Numbered from the stretch's first letter, positions 31,771 to 46,924 are shown. The stretch: DNA of 64,000 nt from an uncultured Gammaproteobacteria bacterium (GCA_905479985.1 CAJQOM010000022.1:3937-67936); one strand, 5' to 3'. Numbers and translations: made by a program. Notes: a model not told the origin generated them from the letters alone.

Positions 31771-33153
31771 TTAGGTCTTCTTAACCGGCCGAACCCACCC
31801 CTCAACAGCCACCTGCCTACTCTTAGTCAACGTCAACTGCCCATCAACCGCATCCTTCCGTAAAGTCGTTCCAGCACCAATCGTCGCACCCTCACCCACC
31901 GTAACCGGGGCTACCAACTGGGTATCCGATCCAATAAACGCATTATCACCAATCACTGTCCGATGCTTATTAGCACCATCATAATTACAGGTAATCGTCC
32001 CAGCACCAATATTCACCCCGGCACCCATATCAGTATCCCCAATATAGCTCAGATGATTCACTTTTGAACCTAGGCCAATATTGGCATTCTTAGTCTCAAC
32101 AAAGTTACCAATTTTCGCTTTATCAGCTAATACCGTGCCCGGCCTTAGGCGTGCAAAAGGACCAATGTTGACGTTTTGTCCAATCACAGATGAATCAATC
32201 ATGCTATTCGGTAAAATGATACTGCCTTCACCAATCTCACAATCTTTAAGAATACAATTAGCACCAATCTCGACATTCGATGCAATCGATACCTTGCCTT
32301 CAAAAATGACATTCACATCGACTGTACTATCATTGCCTATCGTCAATTCACCCCGGACATCAATGCGTGCCGGATCGGCTAATCTCACACCGGCCGTCAT
32401 TAATTTATCTGCTTGGGCACGTTGATAATGGCGTTCTAGTTCAGCCAATTGTAATCGTGTGTTGACACCCGCTACTTCGGCAGCATCATCACAACATACG
32501 GTATCAATGGCTAAGCCATCAGCCACCGCTAGGGCAATCATATCGGTGAGATAATATTCACCTTGGGCATTATTATTACCCAGCTTATCAAGTGACGATA
32601 ATAGCCACTGGCTAGGCAGCAACATAATCCCGCTGTTTACTTCATCAATGAGTAGCGTTTCAGGATCAGCATCTTTCTGCTCCGTGATACATTTAACTTG
32701 GCCACCTAAATCCCGCACAATGCGGCCATAACCTGTTGGGTCAGCCAATTTGGTTGTTAAAATACCGACACCACCCTCAGCAACACAATCACTTAAAGCC
32801 TGTAATGTTGCAGCTTGGGTTAACGGCACATCACCATAAAGCACTAACACTTGATCAGTCTCAGTCATCGCCGCTTTCGCTTGCATCACTGCATGGCCGG
32901 TGCCCAATTGCTCTGTTTGCATCACGGCATCGACTTGATTGCCTTCTAAAAATGGCAGCACTTGCGCTGCGCCATTGCCCGCCACAACGGTTAACCGTGT
33001 TGGTGTTAATTGCTTGGCAGTATCAATCACATGCTGCAATAACGGTCGACCCGCAAGCCAATGCATTACCTTGGCTTGTGCTGACTTCATTCTAGTGCCT
33101 TTACCAGCAGCAAGGATAACAATACTCAGAGACATAATTTGATTTTCCATCAT
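31771..33153 (-). CDS. glmU: Bifunctional UDP-N-acetylglucosamine diphosphorylase / glucosamine-1-phosphate N-acetyltransferase
   Basis: LAAGKGTRM nucleotidyltransferase motif and C-terminal left-handed beta-helix hexapeptide repeats. The real start is possibly the Met at 33135. Confidence 0.95.
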   Translation of the reverse strand: MMENQIMSLSIVILAAGKGTRMKSAQAKVMHWLAGRPLLQHVIDTAKQLTPTRLTVVAGNGAAQVLPFLEGNQVDAVMQTEQLGTGHAVMQAKAAMTETDQVLVLYGDVPLTQAATLQALSDCVAEGGVGILTTKLADPTGYGRIVRDLGGQVKCITEQKDADPETLLIDEVNSGIMLLPSQWLLSSLDKLGNNNAQGEYYLTDMIALAVADGLAIDTVCCDDAAEVAGVNTRLQLAELERHYQRAQADKLMTAGVRLADPARIDVRGELTIGNDSTVDVNVIFEGKVSIASNVEIGANCILKDCEIGEGSIILPNSMIDSSVIGQNVNIGPFARLRPGTVLADKAKIGNFVETKNANIGLGSKVNHLSYIGDTDMGAGVNIGAGTITCNYDGANKHRTVIGDNAFIGSDTQLVAPVTVGEGATIGAGTTLRKDAVDGQLTLTKSRQVAVEGWVRPVKKT

Positions 33154-33251
33154 GAAAAGTGAAGAAGATGAAGTAGCATTCTAACAAAGTTTGTTTCAGG
33201 AATTCGAGAACAAACACCCAACTCAGCTAAGTTAGCGGCCTTCCTTTTGGG

Positions 33252-33279
33252 CAAAAAAAAGGCCATTCCGAAGAACAGC
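33252..33279 (-). terminator. Candidate terminator/attenuator between atpC and glmU
   Basis: Minus-strand stem GGCTGTTC-TTCG-GAATGGCC (6 of 8 pairs) followed by T8. Confidence 0.5.
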
Positions 33280-33305
33280 CTTTTCTAATTATTTCAATTC
33301 AAGCA

Positions 33306-33731
33306 CTAACGTCCTGCTGCTTGTCTCGCACGTTGAACCACTCTGAGTTGTGCCGCTGCTTCCGCTAATTGCGCTTGTACTTCGGCGTAATCTAGCTTCT
33401 CGCCACTCTCAGCCAATGATTTCTCTGCTGCTGCTTGCGCTGCCATTGCCGCTGCTTCATCAACATCATCAGCACGCATCGCACTATCAGCCAAAATCGT
33501 CACAACGTGAGGTTGGACTTCTAACATCCCACCAGACACATAAAACTGTTCTTCTGTGCCATTGGCCAACTTAACGCGAACTTCACCGGGCTTTAAGCTG
33601 GTTAGCAAAGGCGTATGTCGAGGATAGATACCGATCTCACCCATTGTTGCTGTCGCAAAGACAGCCTCAACTAAGCCAGAAAAGATCGCTTTCTCAGCAC
33701 TTACTATATCAACGTGAATGGTCATTGCCAT
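33306..33731 (-). CDS. atpC: F1 ATP synthase epsilon subunit
   Basis: 141 aa, last gene of the atp operon, with the IVSAEKAIFSG N-terminal pattern. Confidence 0.9.
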   Translation of the reverse strand: MAMTIHVDIVSAEKAIFSGLVEAVFATATMGEIGIYPRHTPLLTSLKPGEVRVKLANGTEEQFYVSGGMLEVQPHVVTILADSAMRADDVDEAAAMAAQAAAEKSLAESGEKLDYAEVQAQLAEAAAQLRVVQRARQAAGR

Positions 33732-33749
33732 GATTCGTCCCCTTAAAGC

Positions 33750-35156
<1,407 letters not shown>

Positions 35157-35179
35157 TTAAAAAGCCCGTGTTATTTGCT

Positions 35180-36046
35180 TTATACCGCCGCGGCGCCAGC
35201 AACAATTTCAGATATTTCTTGTGTAATAGCAGCTTGGCGTGCTTTGTTGTACACCAATTGCAAGTCATCAATAAGATCACCCGCATTGTCTGATGCACTT
35301 TTCATCGCAACCATACGTGATGCTTGCTCACACGCGGCATTTTCAACCACACCTTGATAGACCAAAGACTCAATGTAACGAACCAATAAGGTATCTAGCA
35401 CTTCTTTCGCATCGGGTTCATAAATATAATCCCAATGGTGTTTTAATTCTTCATCTGGTGCTTCAGGCTTATTCGGTAATAACTGCATGATTTTGTTTTC
35501 TTGCGTCATCGTATTTACAAATTCATTAAATACCAGATACAAGCTATCAATATGACCTGACTCATAAGCATTGAGCATGACTTTGACACTACCAATCAAC
35601 TCATCCGCACTCGGCGTTTCGCCTAGTTGCGTCACTTGTGCTGCCAGTGTCACCGGTAAACGGCTAAAGAAACTGCTCGCTTTCTTACCAATCGCACAGA
35701 CATCAACCTCAATGCCTTTATCCGCTTTGCTTTGAATATCTTTCAGCAACGTTCGGAATAAATTATTGTTCAGCCCACCACATAAGCCACGATCTGAAGA
35801 CACGACAATGTAACCAACGCGTGTTTTCTCTTCCCTATCTTGTAAATAGGTGTGCTTATATTCTGGATGAGCATAAGCCAAATGCTGAATCACATTATGA
35901 ATTTTGTCCGAGTAAGGACGCGTTGCCGCCATTCGCTCTTGCGCTTTACGCATCTTACTCGCAGCCACCATCTCCATCGCACGCGTAATCTTCTGCGTGT
36001 TTTTGATGCTGCCTATCTGAGTCCGTATCTCTTTACCACTAGCCAT
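35180..36046 (-). CDS. atpG: F1 ATP synthase gamma subunit
   Basis: 288 aa with [23 protein letters not shown] at the N-terminus and [15 protein letters not shown] at the C-terminus. Confidence 0.95.
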   Translation of the reverse strand: MASGKEIRTQIGSIKNTQKITRAMEMVAASKMRKAQERMAATRPYSDKIHNVIQHLAYAHPEYKHTYLQDREEKTRVGYIVVSSDRGLCGGLNNNLFRTLLKDIQSKADKGIEVDVCAIGKKASSFFSRLPVTLAAQVTQLGETPSADELIGSVKVMLNAYESGHIDSLYLVFNEFVNTMTQENKIMQLLPNKPEAPDEELKHHWDYIYEPDAKEVLDTLLVRYIESLVYQGVVENAACEQASRMVAMKSASDNAGDLIDDLQLVYNKARQAAITQEISEIVAGAAAV

Positions 36047-36060
36047 GGCTTATGCTCCGA

Positions 36061-37602
36061 TTACCAGCTGCCGGTTTTTTTGAAGCTTTCAATCGCTGAA
36101 CGCATACCGCCAGAGATATCATCACCAAAACCACCCGTTTCATTAATCTTCGCCATTAAGTCTGATTCGTTAGACTTCATGTAAGACAGTAAAGATGCTT
36201 CAAAAGAGCCTACTTTCTCGACTGCAACATCATCAATAAAGCCTTCGTTAGCAGCAAATAAAGACACTGACATTTCAGCAATTGATAATGGCTGATACTG
36301 TGGCTGCTTCATCAACTCTGTTACGCGTTGACCACGTTCAATCTGGCTACGTGTAGCTTCATCAAGATCAGAAGCGAACTGAGCAAATGCTGCTAACTCA
36401 CGATACTGCGCTAAATCAAGACGTGTACTACCGCCTAATTTCTTAACAATTTTAGTTTGAGCAGCACCACCAACACGTGATACTGATAAACCAGCATTAA
36501 TCGCAGGACGAATACCTGAGTTAAATAAATCTGTTTCTAAGAAGATCTGGCCATCGGTAATCGAAATCACGTTAGTCGGTACGAATGCTGATACGTCACC
36601 GGCTTGGGTTTCGATAATCGGCAATGCCGTCAAAGAACCTGTTTTACCAGTAACAGCACCATTTGTTTGCTTCTCTACATAGTCAGCACTAACACGTGAT
36701 GCACGCTCTAATAAACGAGAGTGAATGTAGAAAACATCACCAGGGTAAGCTTCACGACCCGGAGGACGACGTAATAACAATGACATTTGGCGGTAAGCCC
36801 AAGCTTGTTTCGTCAAATCATCATAAATAATTAGGGCATCTTCACCTTTATCACGGTAATACTCACCCATTGAACAACCTGCATAAGGTGCAATGAATTG
36901 TAATGCTGCGGCATCTGATGCTGCTGCTGCCACGATAGTCGTGTGCGCTAATGCGCCATGTTCTTCTAACTTACGAACAACGTTAGCAATCGAAGAGGCT
37001 TTTTGACCAATCGCAACATAGATACATTTAACACCGGTATCTTTCTGATTGATAATCGCATCAATTGCAATCGCCGTTTTACCTGTTTGACGATCGCCGA
37101 TAATTAACTCACGCTGGCCACGGCCAACAGGAATCATCGCATCAACTGACTTCAAACCTAACTGAAGCGGTTGATCAACTGATTGACGAGAAATAACACC
37201 TGGCGCAACTTTCTCAATCGGAGATGTTGCTTCGCTAGTGATTTCGCCCTTACCGTCGATTGGGTTACCTAATGAATTAACAACACGGCCCAATAAGCTT
37301 TCGCCAACTGGTACTTCTAGAATACGGCCAGTACATTTAACACTGTCGCCTTCTGTAATGTGTTGATAAGCACCTAAAACAACAGCACCGACTGAGTCGC
37401 GCTCCAAGTTAAGTGCCATACCATAAGTATTGCCAGGAAACTCTAACATTTCCCCTGCCATAACATCGGCTAAACCGTGGATACGGACAATACCATCTGT
37501 TACACCAACAACAGTACCTTCGGTACGTGCTTCAGTTGCCCCATCAAAGCTTTCAATGCGCTTTTTGATGAGGTCACTGATTTCTGCTGAATTGAGTTGC
37601 AT
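36061..37602 (-). CDS. atpA: F1 ATP synthase alpha subunit
   Basis: Walker A GDRQTGKT; 513 aa. Confidence 0.97.
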   Translation of the reverse strand: MQLNSAEISDLIKKRIESFDGATEARTEGTVVGVTDGIVRIHGLADVMAGEMLEFPGNTYGMALNLERDSVGAVVLGAYQHITEGDSVKCTGRILEVPVGESLLGRVVNSLGNPIDGKGEITSEATSPIEKVAPGVISRQSVDQPLQLGLKSVDAMIPVGRGQRELIIGDRQTGKTAIAIDAIINQKDTGVKCIYVAIGQKASSIANVVRKLEEHGALAHTTIVAAAASDAAALQFIAPYAGCSMGEYYRDKGEDALIIYDDLTKQAWAYRQMSLLLRRPPGREAYPGDVFYIHSRLLERASRVSADYVEKQTNGAVTGKTGSLTALPIIETQAGDVSAFVPTNVISITDGQIFLETDLFNSGIRPAINAGLSVSRVGGAAQTKIVKKLGGSTRLDLAQYRELAAFAQFASDLDEATRSQIERGQRVTELMKQPQYQPLSIAEMSVSLFAANEGFIDDVAVEKVGSFEASLLSYMKSNESDLMAKINETGGFGDDISGGMRSAIESFKKTGSW

Positions 37603-37624
37603 CTTAATTCCTCTATACGGGCCG

Positions 37625-38158
37625 TTAGTTAATAACGTTGGCCAGTCTGTTCAATTTGCCCAAGGCTGATCCATCAATAATCAGGTCACCTGCACGAATA
37701 ATCGCGCCGCCTAATAAACTGTCATCAACCTCAACGTTTAATGTGACATCTCTGCCTGTACGTTTTTTCAACGCCGCTGAAATATTGGCTTCTTGCTCTG
37801 GTGTCAATGCTTTCGCTGCACTCACATCTGCTGTCATCACTTGTTCAGCTTCCGCTCGTAATTCTTCATAAATTACAGCGATATCGCTTAATAGTGACAA
37901 ACGGTTATTTTCTGATAACAACATCAGAAAATGACGTGCCTCGTCACTCACTGTCTCGCCAGTGATATTTGCCAGCAATTCAATCACCTGCTCATCAGTT
38001 ACTGATGGGCTAGCAATCATGCTTGCAATATCATCGTCTTCGACACACTGTGATAACACGGCCAACAACTCAGACCAAGCTTTCAACTCGCCTTTTTCAT
38101 TGGCAATGCTAAATACCGCATTGGCATAAGGTCGAGCGATTGTAATTGCTTCAGCCAT
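37625..38158 (-). CDS. atpH: F1 ATP synthase delta subunit
   Basis: 177 aa with the OSCP-like [10 protein letters not shown]-terminus. Operon position. Confidence 0.9.
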   Translation of the reverse strand: MAEAITIARPYANAVFSIANEKGELKAWSELLAVLSQCVEDDDIASMIASPSVTDEQVIELLANITGETVSDEARHFLMLLSENNRLSLLSDIAVIYEELRAEAEQVMTADVSAAKALTPEQEANISAALKKRTGRDVTLNVEVDDSLLGGAIIRAGDLIIDGSALGKLNRLANVIN

Positions 38159-38179
38159 TCGTCTTTTCCCTTATTCCAC

Positions 38180-38650
38180 TTAGATCCGGCTTACCAATTC
38201 TTCTAACAAATCAGTATGTGCCTTATCATCAATCTCACGGTTAAGAATCTTCGCTGCACCCGCTAACGCGATAGTGCCCACTTGCCCACGAAGTTCATCT
38301 TTCGCACGATTGGCTTCTTGTTCAATTTCAGCCTGTGCTGTTGTCAAAATCCGTTCGCCTTCAACGCGAGCAGATTCTTTTGATTCATCCACAATGTCAT
38401 TACCACGACGCTGGGCTTGCGAAATAATGTCGTTCGCTTGCTCTTTCGCTTCATGGATAACTTGTTGTGCACGTTTCTCAGCTAATTCTTGCTCATGGCG
38501 ACCACGTTCCGCAGCTGCCAAACCATCTGCAATTTTTTTAGTCCGTTCTTCGAGCGCCTGCATAATGGGCGGCCAGACGTACTTCATGCAAAAGGCAATG
38601 AAAATTGCAAAAGCAATTGCTTGACCGATCAAGGTTGCATTCATATTCAT
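38180..38650 (-). CDS. atpF: F0 ATP synthase subunit b
   Basis: Single N-terminal TM then a long charged helix. Operon position. Confidence 0.9.
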   Translation of the reverse strand: MNMNATLIGQAIAFAIFIAFCMKYVWPPIMQALEERTKKIADGLAAAERGRHEQELAEKRAQQVIHEAKEQANDIISQAQRRGNDIVDESKESARVEGERILTTAQAEIEQEANRAKDELRGQVGTIALAGAAKILNREIDDKAHTDLLEELVSRI

Positions 38651-38681
38651 GCTAATACCTCTTTATTTATCGCAATAATCT

Positions 38682-38921
<240 letters not shown>

Positions 38922-38969
38922 CTAACAAATATCTAATACTAAAAAATTAAAAGTAAAACCTATTAAAAC

Positions 38970-40257
<1,288 letters not shown>

Positions 40258-40333
40258 TGGGTTTTATTCTTACCTTGATAAAGCCCGGTATTATATAGAT
40301 CTGGCGATTACTGGGTCAATCAAAATAGTTGAT

Positions 40334-41191
40334 TTACTTTATTTTTTTCACTATCTTCTTGAGATCTGCCACATCGGAATAATCGATAACCAGTTTACCT
40401 TTACCACTGGCTGTATGTTTAACAGAAAAACGGTGATCCAGCTTCTCACTAATCAGCTGTTCTATTTTTTCTAACTCAACCAGCAAAGAATCAGCATATT
40501 GCGGCTTTTCTTTTTCCGGTCTTAGCATCCGGCGAATCAACTGCTCTGTTTCACGAACCGACAAACCACGCTCAACAATCCCGCGCGCTGTTTCAGATTG
40601 CAGTTCACCTCCTACCGGCAATAAAGCACGCGCATGACCCATTTCTAAATCACAATTCTCAACCAGCCGTTTCACATCTTCATTCAAATTCCGCAGGCGT
40701 AACAAATTCGAGACTGCCGCCCGTGATCGGCCCACGGCTTGCGCCGCCTCTTGATGTGTCATTGAAAACTCTTCCCGTAAGCGATGAAGCGCATTGGCCT
40801 CCTCCATTGGGTTTAAATTTTCACGTTGGATATTTTCGATTAATGCCATGGCGATCGCATTACGATCAGGCACATCTCGCACTAACGCAGGAATGGTATC
40901 CAAGCCCGCCAATTTACATGCCCGCCAGCGACGCTCACCGGCAATAATTTCATAATGGCCATCTTCAGTCGGTCGAACAACAATCGGCTGCACGACACCT
41001 TGTGCTCGAATAGAGTCTGCTAACTCATCTAAAGATTCTTGTGACATATCAACCCGAGGTTGATACTTACCTGGCTGAATCTTATCAAGCGGGAAATATT
41101 GCAAACTATCGCTAATGCTGCCACTTTTATGATCCACATCGGCCAACAAGGCATCCAGCCCTCTTCCCAATCCTCTTTTCTTAGTCGCCAT
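40334..41191 (-). CDS. parB: Chromosome partitioning protein ParB
   Basis: GLGRGLDALL, the ParB box IIAGERRWRA, and an HTH region. Confidence 0.93.
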   Translation of the reverse strand: MATKKRGLGRGLDALLADVDHKSGSISDSLQYFPLDKIQPGKYQPRVDMSQESLDELADSIRAQGVVQPIVVRPTEDGHYEIIAGERRWRACKLAGLDTIPALVRDVPDRNAIAMALIENIQRENLNPMEEANALHRLREEFSMTHQEAAQAVGRSRAAVSNLLRLRNLNEDVKRLVENCDLEMGHARALLPVGGELQSETARGIVERGLSVRETEQLIRRMLRPEKEKPQYADSLLVELEKIEQLISEKLDHRFSVKHTASGKGKLVIDYSDVADLKKIVKKIK

Positions 41192-41215
41192 CGTTACCTA
41201 CCTAGACTAGAAGCC

Positions 41216-41983
41216 TTAACTTTTTTCTCGTCGCATAAATTCACTGGCCAATGCCATATAAGCAATCGAACCCCGTGACGAACGATCATAGCTTACCACG
41301 GGAATGCCATGACTCGGCGCTTCAGCTAACCGGACATTCCTCGGAATAATCGAATGAAAAACCTTTTTATCGAAGTGATTAATCAACTGCCGAGACACCT
41401 GATTCGCCAAATTATTTCTGGCATCAAACATCGTCCTTACTAACCCCGTCACTTCTAATGTCGGATTGGCCCGCTGCTTAACCCGCTCAACTGTTTTCAA
41501 TAATGAAGATAAACCTTCCAACGCATAATATTCACATTGAATAGGGATAATAACGCCCTTCGATGCCACCAAGGCATTCAAGGTCAACATACTCAATGAG
41601 GGCGGACAATCAATCAAAATATAATCATAATCGGCACGAATAGGCTCTAACGCCAACCGTAAACGATGCTCACGCTGATCTTCGTCAAGCAACTCAATTT
41701 CGGCTGCAGTTAAATCGGCATTAGTGGGAATCACATCAAAGGAAAAGTCATCGCGCTTTACGATCACCTCAGCCGCACTGGCCTCACCCATCATCACGTC
41801 ATAACTGCTTTTTTCAAGGGTCGCTTTATCAACTCCACAGCCTGTGGTTGCATTGCCTTGTGGATCCAAATCAATCAGTAATATTTTCTTCGCATTTTCA
41901 GCCAATGATGCTGCTAAATTAACGGTTGTCGTCGTTTTACCAACCCCGCCTTTTTGGTTTGTTACAGCAAAAACATTACCCAT
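41216..41983 (-). CDS. parA: Chromosome partitioning ATPase ParA/Soj
   Basis: Deviant Walker A NQKGGVGKTT. Upstream of parB. Confidence 0.93.
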   Translation of the reverse strand: MGNVFAVTNQKGGVGKTTTTVNLAASLAENAKKILLIDLDPQGNATTGCGVDKATLEKSSYDVMMGEASAAEVIVKRDDFSFDVIPTNADLTAAEIELLDEDQREHRLRLALEPIRADYDYILIDCPPSLSMLTLNALVASKGVIIPIQCEYYALEGLSSLLKTVERVKQRANPTLEVTGLVRTMFDARNNLANQVSRQLINHFDKKVFHSIIPRNVRLAEAPSHGIPVVSYDRSSRGSIAYMALASEFMRREKS

Positions 41984-42012
41984 TCAAACAACCTTCTGTT
42001 TTGACAATCACG

Positions 42013-42639
42013 CTAGCCTTTGACCAGCTCAACCAAATGCCGCTGCCCATCCGATCCCGGCACATCTAAAACATGAACCGAGTGCAATGAAAAATCATCT
42101 CCTAATGTCTCTAATTCAGACTCGGGATAGACCCCTTTCATCAGCAACAACTTGCCCGCATCATGGCAGTGTCCGCCGGTTAAATCAATAATATCCCCGA
42201 TCGTCGAAAAGGCACGTGCAGTAACCATCTCAAACTGCGGTAAATCGGCTTGCTCAATACGTGCATGGACTACCGTGACATTGTCCAAACCCAGCTCAGC
42301 TTTCACTTGTTGTAAAAAGCGCGTCTTTTTAGAATTACTGTCTAATAACGTCACGGCTAAATCAGGCCGCGCAATGGAAAGTGGGATGCCTGGCAGGCCA
42401 CCACCGGATCCAACATCTAATAGACTCACACCTGCAAGATAAGGCAAAATAGCCAAGCTATCTAATAGGTGTCGGCTGACCATCTCATCGATATCACGGA
42501 CAGACGTTAAATTATAAACCTTATTCCACTTGCCCAATAACACAACATAGTCCAACAATTGTTGTTGCTGTTGCTCAGACAATGTCAGCGCTAAATCATC
42601 ACAACCTTGCTGTATCTGTTGCAGCAATGACGCCGCCAT
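42013..42639 (-). CDS. rsmG: 16S rRNA (guanine527-N7)-methyltransferase
   Basis: DVGSGGGLPGIPL SAM motif. TAATG overlap with the mnmG stop. Confidence 0.9.
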   Translation of the reverse strand: MAASLLQQIQQGCDDLALTLSEQQQQQLLDYVVLLGKWNKVYNLTSVRDIDEMVSRHLLDSLAILPYLAGVSLLDVGSGGGLPGIPLSIARPDLAVTLLDSNSKKTRFLQQVKAELGLDNVTVVHARIEQADLPQFEMVTARAFSTIGDIIDLTGGHCHDAGKLLLMKGVYPESELETLGDDFSLHSVHVLDVPGSDGQRHLVELVKG

Positions 42640-44564
42640 TAACTGGCTTCACTTTGATTTTTATCATCATGATGTTCACGCTTTAAATGCACTAATAGCA
42701 GTGAAACGGCTGCGGGCGTCACACCGGATATCCGAGATGCCTGTCCTAAGCTATTAGGTCGTGCATTCGCTAATTTTTCTCTGACTTCGTTAGACAAGCC
42801 TCGGACGTTACCATAATTAATATCATCCGGTAATGCTGTTGTCTCATGACGTTGTAGGCGATCAATTTCATTTTGCTGCCGATTAATATAACCCGCGTAT
42901 TTGGTTCGAATCACAACCTGTTCAGCCACCACATCATCAACAGCCTGCTCTTCACCCAATAAGGTTAGTAAACCTGCATAATCCACGCTCGGCCGGCGTA
43001 ATAAATCCATCGCGGTACTCGCCTTCTTCAATGGCTCTCCCAGCACAGACTCTGCAACCACTTGGTCCGTTTTTTCTGGACTAAACATCACCGCTTCCAA
43101 GCGCGCTGTCTCTGCTGTTACGGCCTCTTGTTTCTGGTTAAATATCGCCCAACGGTGATCATTCACGAGACCCAGTTCACGGCCTATCGGCGTCAATCTT
43201 AAATCAGCATTATCTTCACGCAACAACAAGCGATATTCAGCCCGGCTAGTAAACATCCGGTAAGGTTCTTGTGTCCCCGATGTCACCAAGTCATCAATCA
43301 TCACGCCGATATAAGCTTCATCACGTCGCGGCGACCATTGCGTCTTTCCACGAACTTGCAAACCGGCATTCAAGCCTGCTATCAAACCTTGTGCCGCCGC
43401 TTCTTCATAACCGGTCGTACCGTTAATCTGGCCCGCAAAGAACAAGCCGGCCATATGTTTGGTTTCTAGCCAAGGCTGCAAATCACGTGGATCAAAATAA
43501 TCATACTCAATGGCATAGCCCGGCCGTGTAATATGGGCATTTTCCAGCCCCCTCATTGACCGTACAATCTCGTATTGCACATCAAACGGCAAACTGGTCG
43601 ATATCCCATTAGGATAGACTTCGCCACAATTTAACCCTTCCGGTTCAAGGAAAATCTGATGAGAGGTTCGTTCTGCAAAACGCACCACTTTATCTTCTAT
43701 AGAAGGGCAATAACGGGGGCCAATGCCTTCAATCTCACCACCATACATCGGTGACCGATCTAAGTTGGCCCGAATCACATCATGGGTCGCTTCATTAGTA
43801 TGGGTAATATGACAGGAAACTTGTTCAGGATGATGCGAAACATCGCCTAAGAACGAAAACACCGGCGTCGGTGTGTCTCCCGGCTGCTCGATCAGCTGCG
43901 AATAATCAATACTTTGTGTGGCAATACGAGGTGGCGTGCCGGTTTTTAACCGATCAACACGAAATGGTAGTGCCCGTAACCGTTCTGCCAAACCAATAGA
44001 AGCCGGATCACCTGCACGTCCACCACCATGGCTCTTCATACCAATATGAATCAAGCCGCCTAAGAAAGTCCCGACCGTTATCACAACGGCTTTCGCAGAG
44101 AATTTCAAACCAATTTGTGTCACGACCCCAACAACCCGATCGTTTTCAACCACCAAGTCTTCAACCGTCTGTTGAAATAAATAGAGATTCTCTTGTGATT
44201 CTAATGCCTCACGCACTGCAGCCTTATAACGAACCCGGTCCGCTTGTGCTCGAGTTGCCCTAACGGCTGGGCCTTTACTCGCATTCAAAATCCGAAACTG
44301 AATGCCACCACGATCGGCAGCCTGGGCCATGACGCCACCCAAGGCATCTATTTCTTTAACCAAATGGCCTTTACCAATACCACCAATCGCCGGGTTACAG
44401 CTCATCTGGCCTAAGGTCTCAATATTCTGCGTCAGTAATAACGTTTTAACGCCTTGGCGTGCTGACGCCAAGGCCGCTTCTGTACCCGCATGACCGCCGC
44501 CGACGATAATGACATCGTAATGATCTTGATAACCCATATTTCTAACCCACGCAGTGTCTATCAC
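42639..44564 (-). CDS. mnmG: tRNA uridine 5-carboxymethylaminomethyl modification enzyme MnmG (GidA)
   Basis: FAD motif [15 protein letters not shown]; about 630 aa. The start may be the Met at 44537. Confidence 0.95.
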   Translation of the reverse strand: MIDTAWVRNMGYQDHYDVIIVGGGHAGTEAALASARQGVKTLLLTQNIETLGQMSCNPAIGGIGKGHLVKEIDALGGVMAQAADRGGIQFRILNASKGPAVRATRAQADRVRYKAAVREALESQENLYLFQQTVEDLVVENDRVVGVVTQIGLKFSAKAVVITVGTFLGGLIHIGMKSHGGGRAGDPASIGLAERLRALPFRVDRLKTGTPPRIATQSIDYSQLIEQPGDTPTPVFSFLGDVSHHPEQVSCHITHTNEATHDVIRANLDRSPMYGGEIEGIGPRYCPSIEDKVVRFAERTSHQIFLEPEGLNCGEVYPNGISTSLPFDVQYEIVRSMRGLENAHITRPGYAIEYDYFDPRDLQPWLETKHMAGLFFAGQINGTTGYEEAAAQGLIAGLNAGLQVRGKTQWSPRRDEAYIGVMIDDLVTSGTQEPYRMFTSRAEYRLLLREDNADLRLTPIGRELGLVNDHRWAIFNQKQEAVTAETARLEAVMFSPEKTDQVVAESVLGEPLKKASTAMDLLRRPSVDYAGLLTLLGEEQAVDDVVAEQVVIRTKYAGYINRQQNEIDRLQRHETTALPDDINYGNVRGLSNEVREKLANARPNSLGQASRISGVTPAAVSLLLVHLKREHHDDKNQSEAS

Positions 44565-44724
44565 TAATTAATCAGCAATTTTAACACGAGATAACATCTC
44601 TGATTAATTATAAAGACAACTTAATTAAGGCTATCGTACGTAACTAAGCTGATGACATAACAAGATTTTTTTAACTTAAAGCCATGATATAGTCTTAAAA
44701 CTTATAAGAACGAGGACAATACAA

Positions 44725-45081
44725 ATGGAAAAGAATACCGGGTTAAAACGACTAATTTATGCCAGCCAATACTCGTGGCAAGGTCTTAAATCAGGACTTA
44801 TTAACGAAGCAGCATTCCTACAAGAATTTGTCGCTTTTATCGTTTTAACCATTGTGACTTTTTTTCTCGACATCACGGCTGTAGAACAAATTGCCATGAT
44901 TATCAGCCTGATTTTAGTACTCATTGTCGAAATACTTAATTCGGCCATTGAATGTGTCGTCGATCGCGTCAGCACAGAACGGCACACCTTGTCAGGACGA
45001 GCCAAAGACTACGGCTCTCTAGCCGTATTAATGGCCATCATCATTGTTGCGCTGATTTGGAGTGTTATCTTACTGAGCTAG
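44725..45081 (+). CDS. dgkA: Diacylglycerol kinase
   Basis: 118-aa three-TM protein with the EILNSAIECVVDR motif. Confidence 0.85.
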   Translation: MEKNTGLKRLIYASQYSWQGLKSGLINEAAFLQEFVAFIVLTIVTFFLDITAVEQIAMIISLILVLIVEILNSAIECVVDRVSTERHTLSGRAKDYGSLAVLMAIIIVALIWSVILLS

Positions 45082-45083
45082 CT

Positions 45084-45857
45084 TTACCCCGCTTTTTGAT
45101 AAGCCCGTACCGTAAGAAGCAGACCCACCACAATCATGGGCAACGACAAGATTTGACCCATCGTAATCCAGTCTAATAATAGATAACCATATTGCTGATC
45201 AGGAATACGCACAAACTCAACCAAAAAGCGGAATGTCCCGTAACCTAATAAGAATAAACCGGACACAGCCCCAACGGGTTTTGGTTTTGCGGAATACCAC
45301 CACAGAATAATAAACAGCAAAAGCCCTTCCAAAATCGCTTCATACAATTGTGAAGGGTGTCTCGCCAATGGCCCGCCGTTCGGAAACACCATCGCCCACG
45401 GCACATCACTCACCTTGCCCCACAATTCGCCATTGATAAAGTTACCTATCCGGCCAAAGAACAAACCGATTGGCACCATTGGCGCTATAAAGTCACTGAT
45501 CGCGAAATAGGCTTTTCCTGTCTTGTGTGAAAAGAACGCGAAAGCCGTCAACACACCCAATAAACCACCATGGAACGACATCCCACCCTGCCAAACCTTA
45601 AATAAATTTAATGGGTTATCAATCAATGACGGAAAGTCATAAAATAAGGAATAACCAACACGGCCGCCGACAATGACCCCGATTGCACCATAAAACAAAA
45701 GATCTTCGACCTCTTCCGCTGTCCAGCCATAACGCGTTGCCCGAACACGACCCAACCACCAAGCGCCAGCAAAACCAAACAAATACATCAGCCCATACCA
45801 ATGTATTTGAAGTGGCCCTAAATCTAAGGCCACGGGATCAATTGTTGGATAAATCAT
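45084..45857 (-). CDS. lgt: Prolipoprotein diacylglyceryl transferase
   Basis: [26 protein letters not shown] and HPSQLYE motifs. Confidence 0.93.
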   Translation of the reverse strand: MIYPTIDPVALDLGPLQIHWYGLMYLFGFAGAWWLGRVRATRYGWTAEEVEDLLFYGAIGVIVGGRVGYSLFYDFPSLIDNPLNLFKVWQGGMSFHGGLLGVLTAFAFFSHKTGKAYFAISDFIAPMVPIGLFFGRIGNFINGELWGKVSDVPWAMVFPNGGPLARHPSQLYEAILEGLLLFIILWWYSAKPKPVGAVSGLFLLGYGTFRFLVEFVRIPDQQYGYLLLDWITMGQILSLPMIVVGLLLTVRAYQKAG

Positions 45858-45954
45858 ACAAAACTCTCAAAAAGGTGGTAAAAACAGACATATTGTTCTA
45901 TCTGAAGCCTTAAAAACTGGCCCATGCTACTAATTTTGGTTAGAATAGCCATAT

Positions 45955-45987
45955 ATTGTCTTGTTTTAACTGCACTTAAAAGACAAT
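45955..45987. promoter_or_regulatory. Conserved palindrome (candidate operator) upstream of porin paralogue 1
   Basis: ATTGTCTT-N17-AAGACAAT. The same arms recur upstream of paralogue 2 although the surrounding sequence has diverged. Confidence 0.35.
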
Positions 45988-46078
45988 CACAATGCTAGCA
46001 ACCTGCTTAATATCGTTGTTAGTTTACAACATTAATGCAGTCAAACATTTTATTTAACATTTCCAGGAGACGGGAAAC

Positions 46079-46855
46079 ATGAAATTGAAACAACTTTCAG
46101 CGCTATGCCTAGCAGCCAGCGTATTAACAGCAGCACCAGCAATGGCTTGGGAAAGTGCTGATGGTCAATTTAACACTAGCGCAAGTGTTGCCTTATCAAC
46201 CGACTACATGTGGCGTGGTTCTTCTCAAACTGATAATGAGCCGGCTATTTCTGGTAGCTTTGATGTCAACCATGCTTCAGGTTTTTACGCTGGTGCATGG
46301 GCATCAAATACTGACAAAATGGTAATGCAAACAAATCTATCTTTCGAACAAGGTCATATCGAAATCAACGGTTACGCTGGTTATGCTAATGAGGTTGGTG
46401 ACACTGGTATCGGTTACGATGTTGGTTTCAAGCGCTACTTCTTCCCCGGCACTGATGGCCAAGCAGATTGGAACGAAGCTTATGCTGCGTTAAACTACAG
46501 TCACTTTGGTTTAAAAATTTCTCACACTGAAGACTTTAACGCCACTCATGAAGAAGCGACTCATTACCTTTTAACTTTCAACCATGCATTACCAATGGGT
46601 GCTCATTTTCATGCTGGCTATGCCTTCTATGATTTTGATGATATTGATGACGTCTTTGGTACAACACCAAATAACATTGATAACCCACTTCAAGATTTCG
46701 GTGTTGGTGTTTCTAAAGACTTCGCTGGTTTCAACTGGGATGTCACATATTACGAAACGCTTAAAGAAGGTAAAGATGCCACTGAAAACAATAATGCTGG
46801 CTCAGATAACAAAGCTGACAGCAGATTTGTACTGACTATTTCTAAGTCTTTATAA
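46079..46855 (+). CDS. TorF-family (TIGR02001/Gcw_chp-like) putative outer-membrane porin, paralogue 1
   Basis: Signal peptide ending AMAWES, the family-typical SASVALSTDYMWRGSSQTDNEPAISGSFD...GFYAGAWASN, and a beta-barrel-like C-terminus ending ISKSL. Confidence 0.7.
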   Translation: MKLKQLSALCLAASVLTAAPAMAWESADGQFNTSASVALSTDYMWRGSSQTDNEPAISGSFDVNHASGFYAGAWASNTDKMVMQTNLSFEQGHIEINGYAGYANEVGDTGIGYDVGFKRYFFPGTDGQADWNEAYAALNYSHFGLKISHTEDFNATHEEATHYLLTFNHALPMGAHFHAGYAFYDFDDIDDVFGTTPNNIDNPLQDFGVGVSKDFAGFNWDVTYYETLKEGKDATENNNAGSDNKADSRFVLTISKSL

Positions 46856-46886
46856 TAATAAAACATTATAAATAGCTGTAATGAAA

Positions 46887-46916
46887 GCCGCCTATCGAAA
46901 GATAGGCGGCTTTTTT
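46887..46916 (+). terminator. Rho-independent terminator after porin paralogue 1
   Basis: GCCGCCTATC-GAAA-GATAGGCGGC followed by T6. Confidence 0.85.
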
Positions 46917-46924
46917 ATTGGCCA

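Noticed and set aside
44565-44724. AT-rich mnmG-dgkA spacer as oriC (E. coli-like position next to gidA).
   Set aside because: It is only 160 bp and has no TTATCCACA-like boxes on either strand.
45901-45925. TGGC-containing sequence upstream of porin paralogues 1 and 2 (and 47053-47075), considered as sigma54 promoters.
   Set aside because: The GG-to-GC spacing does not fit the -24/-12 geometry. Only the porin 3 leader has a properly spaced element.
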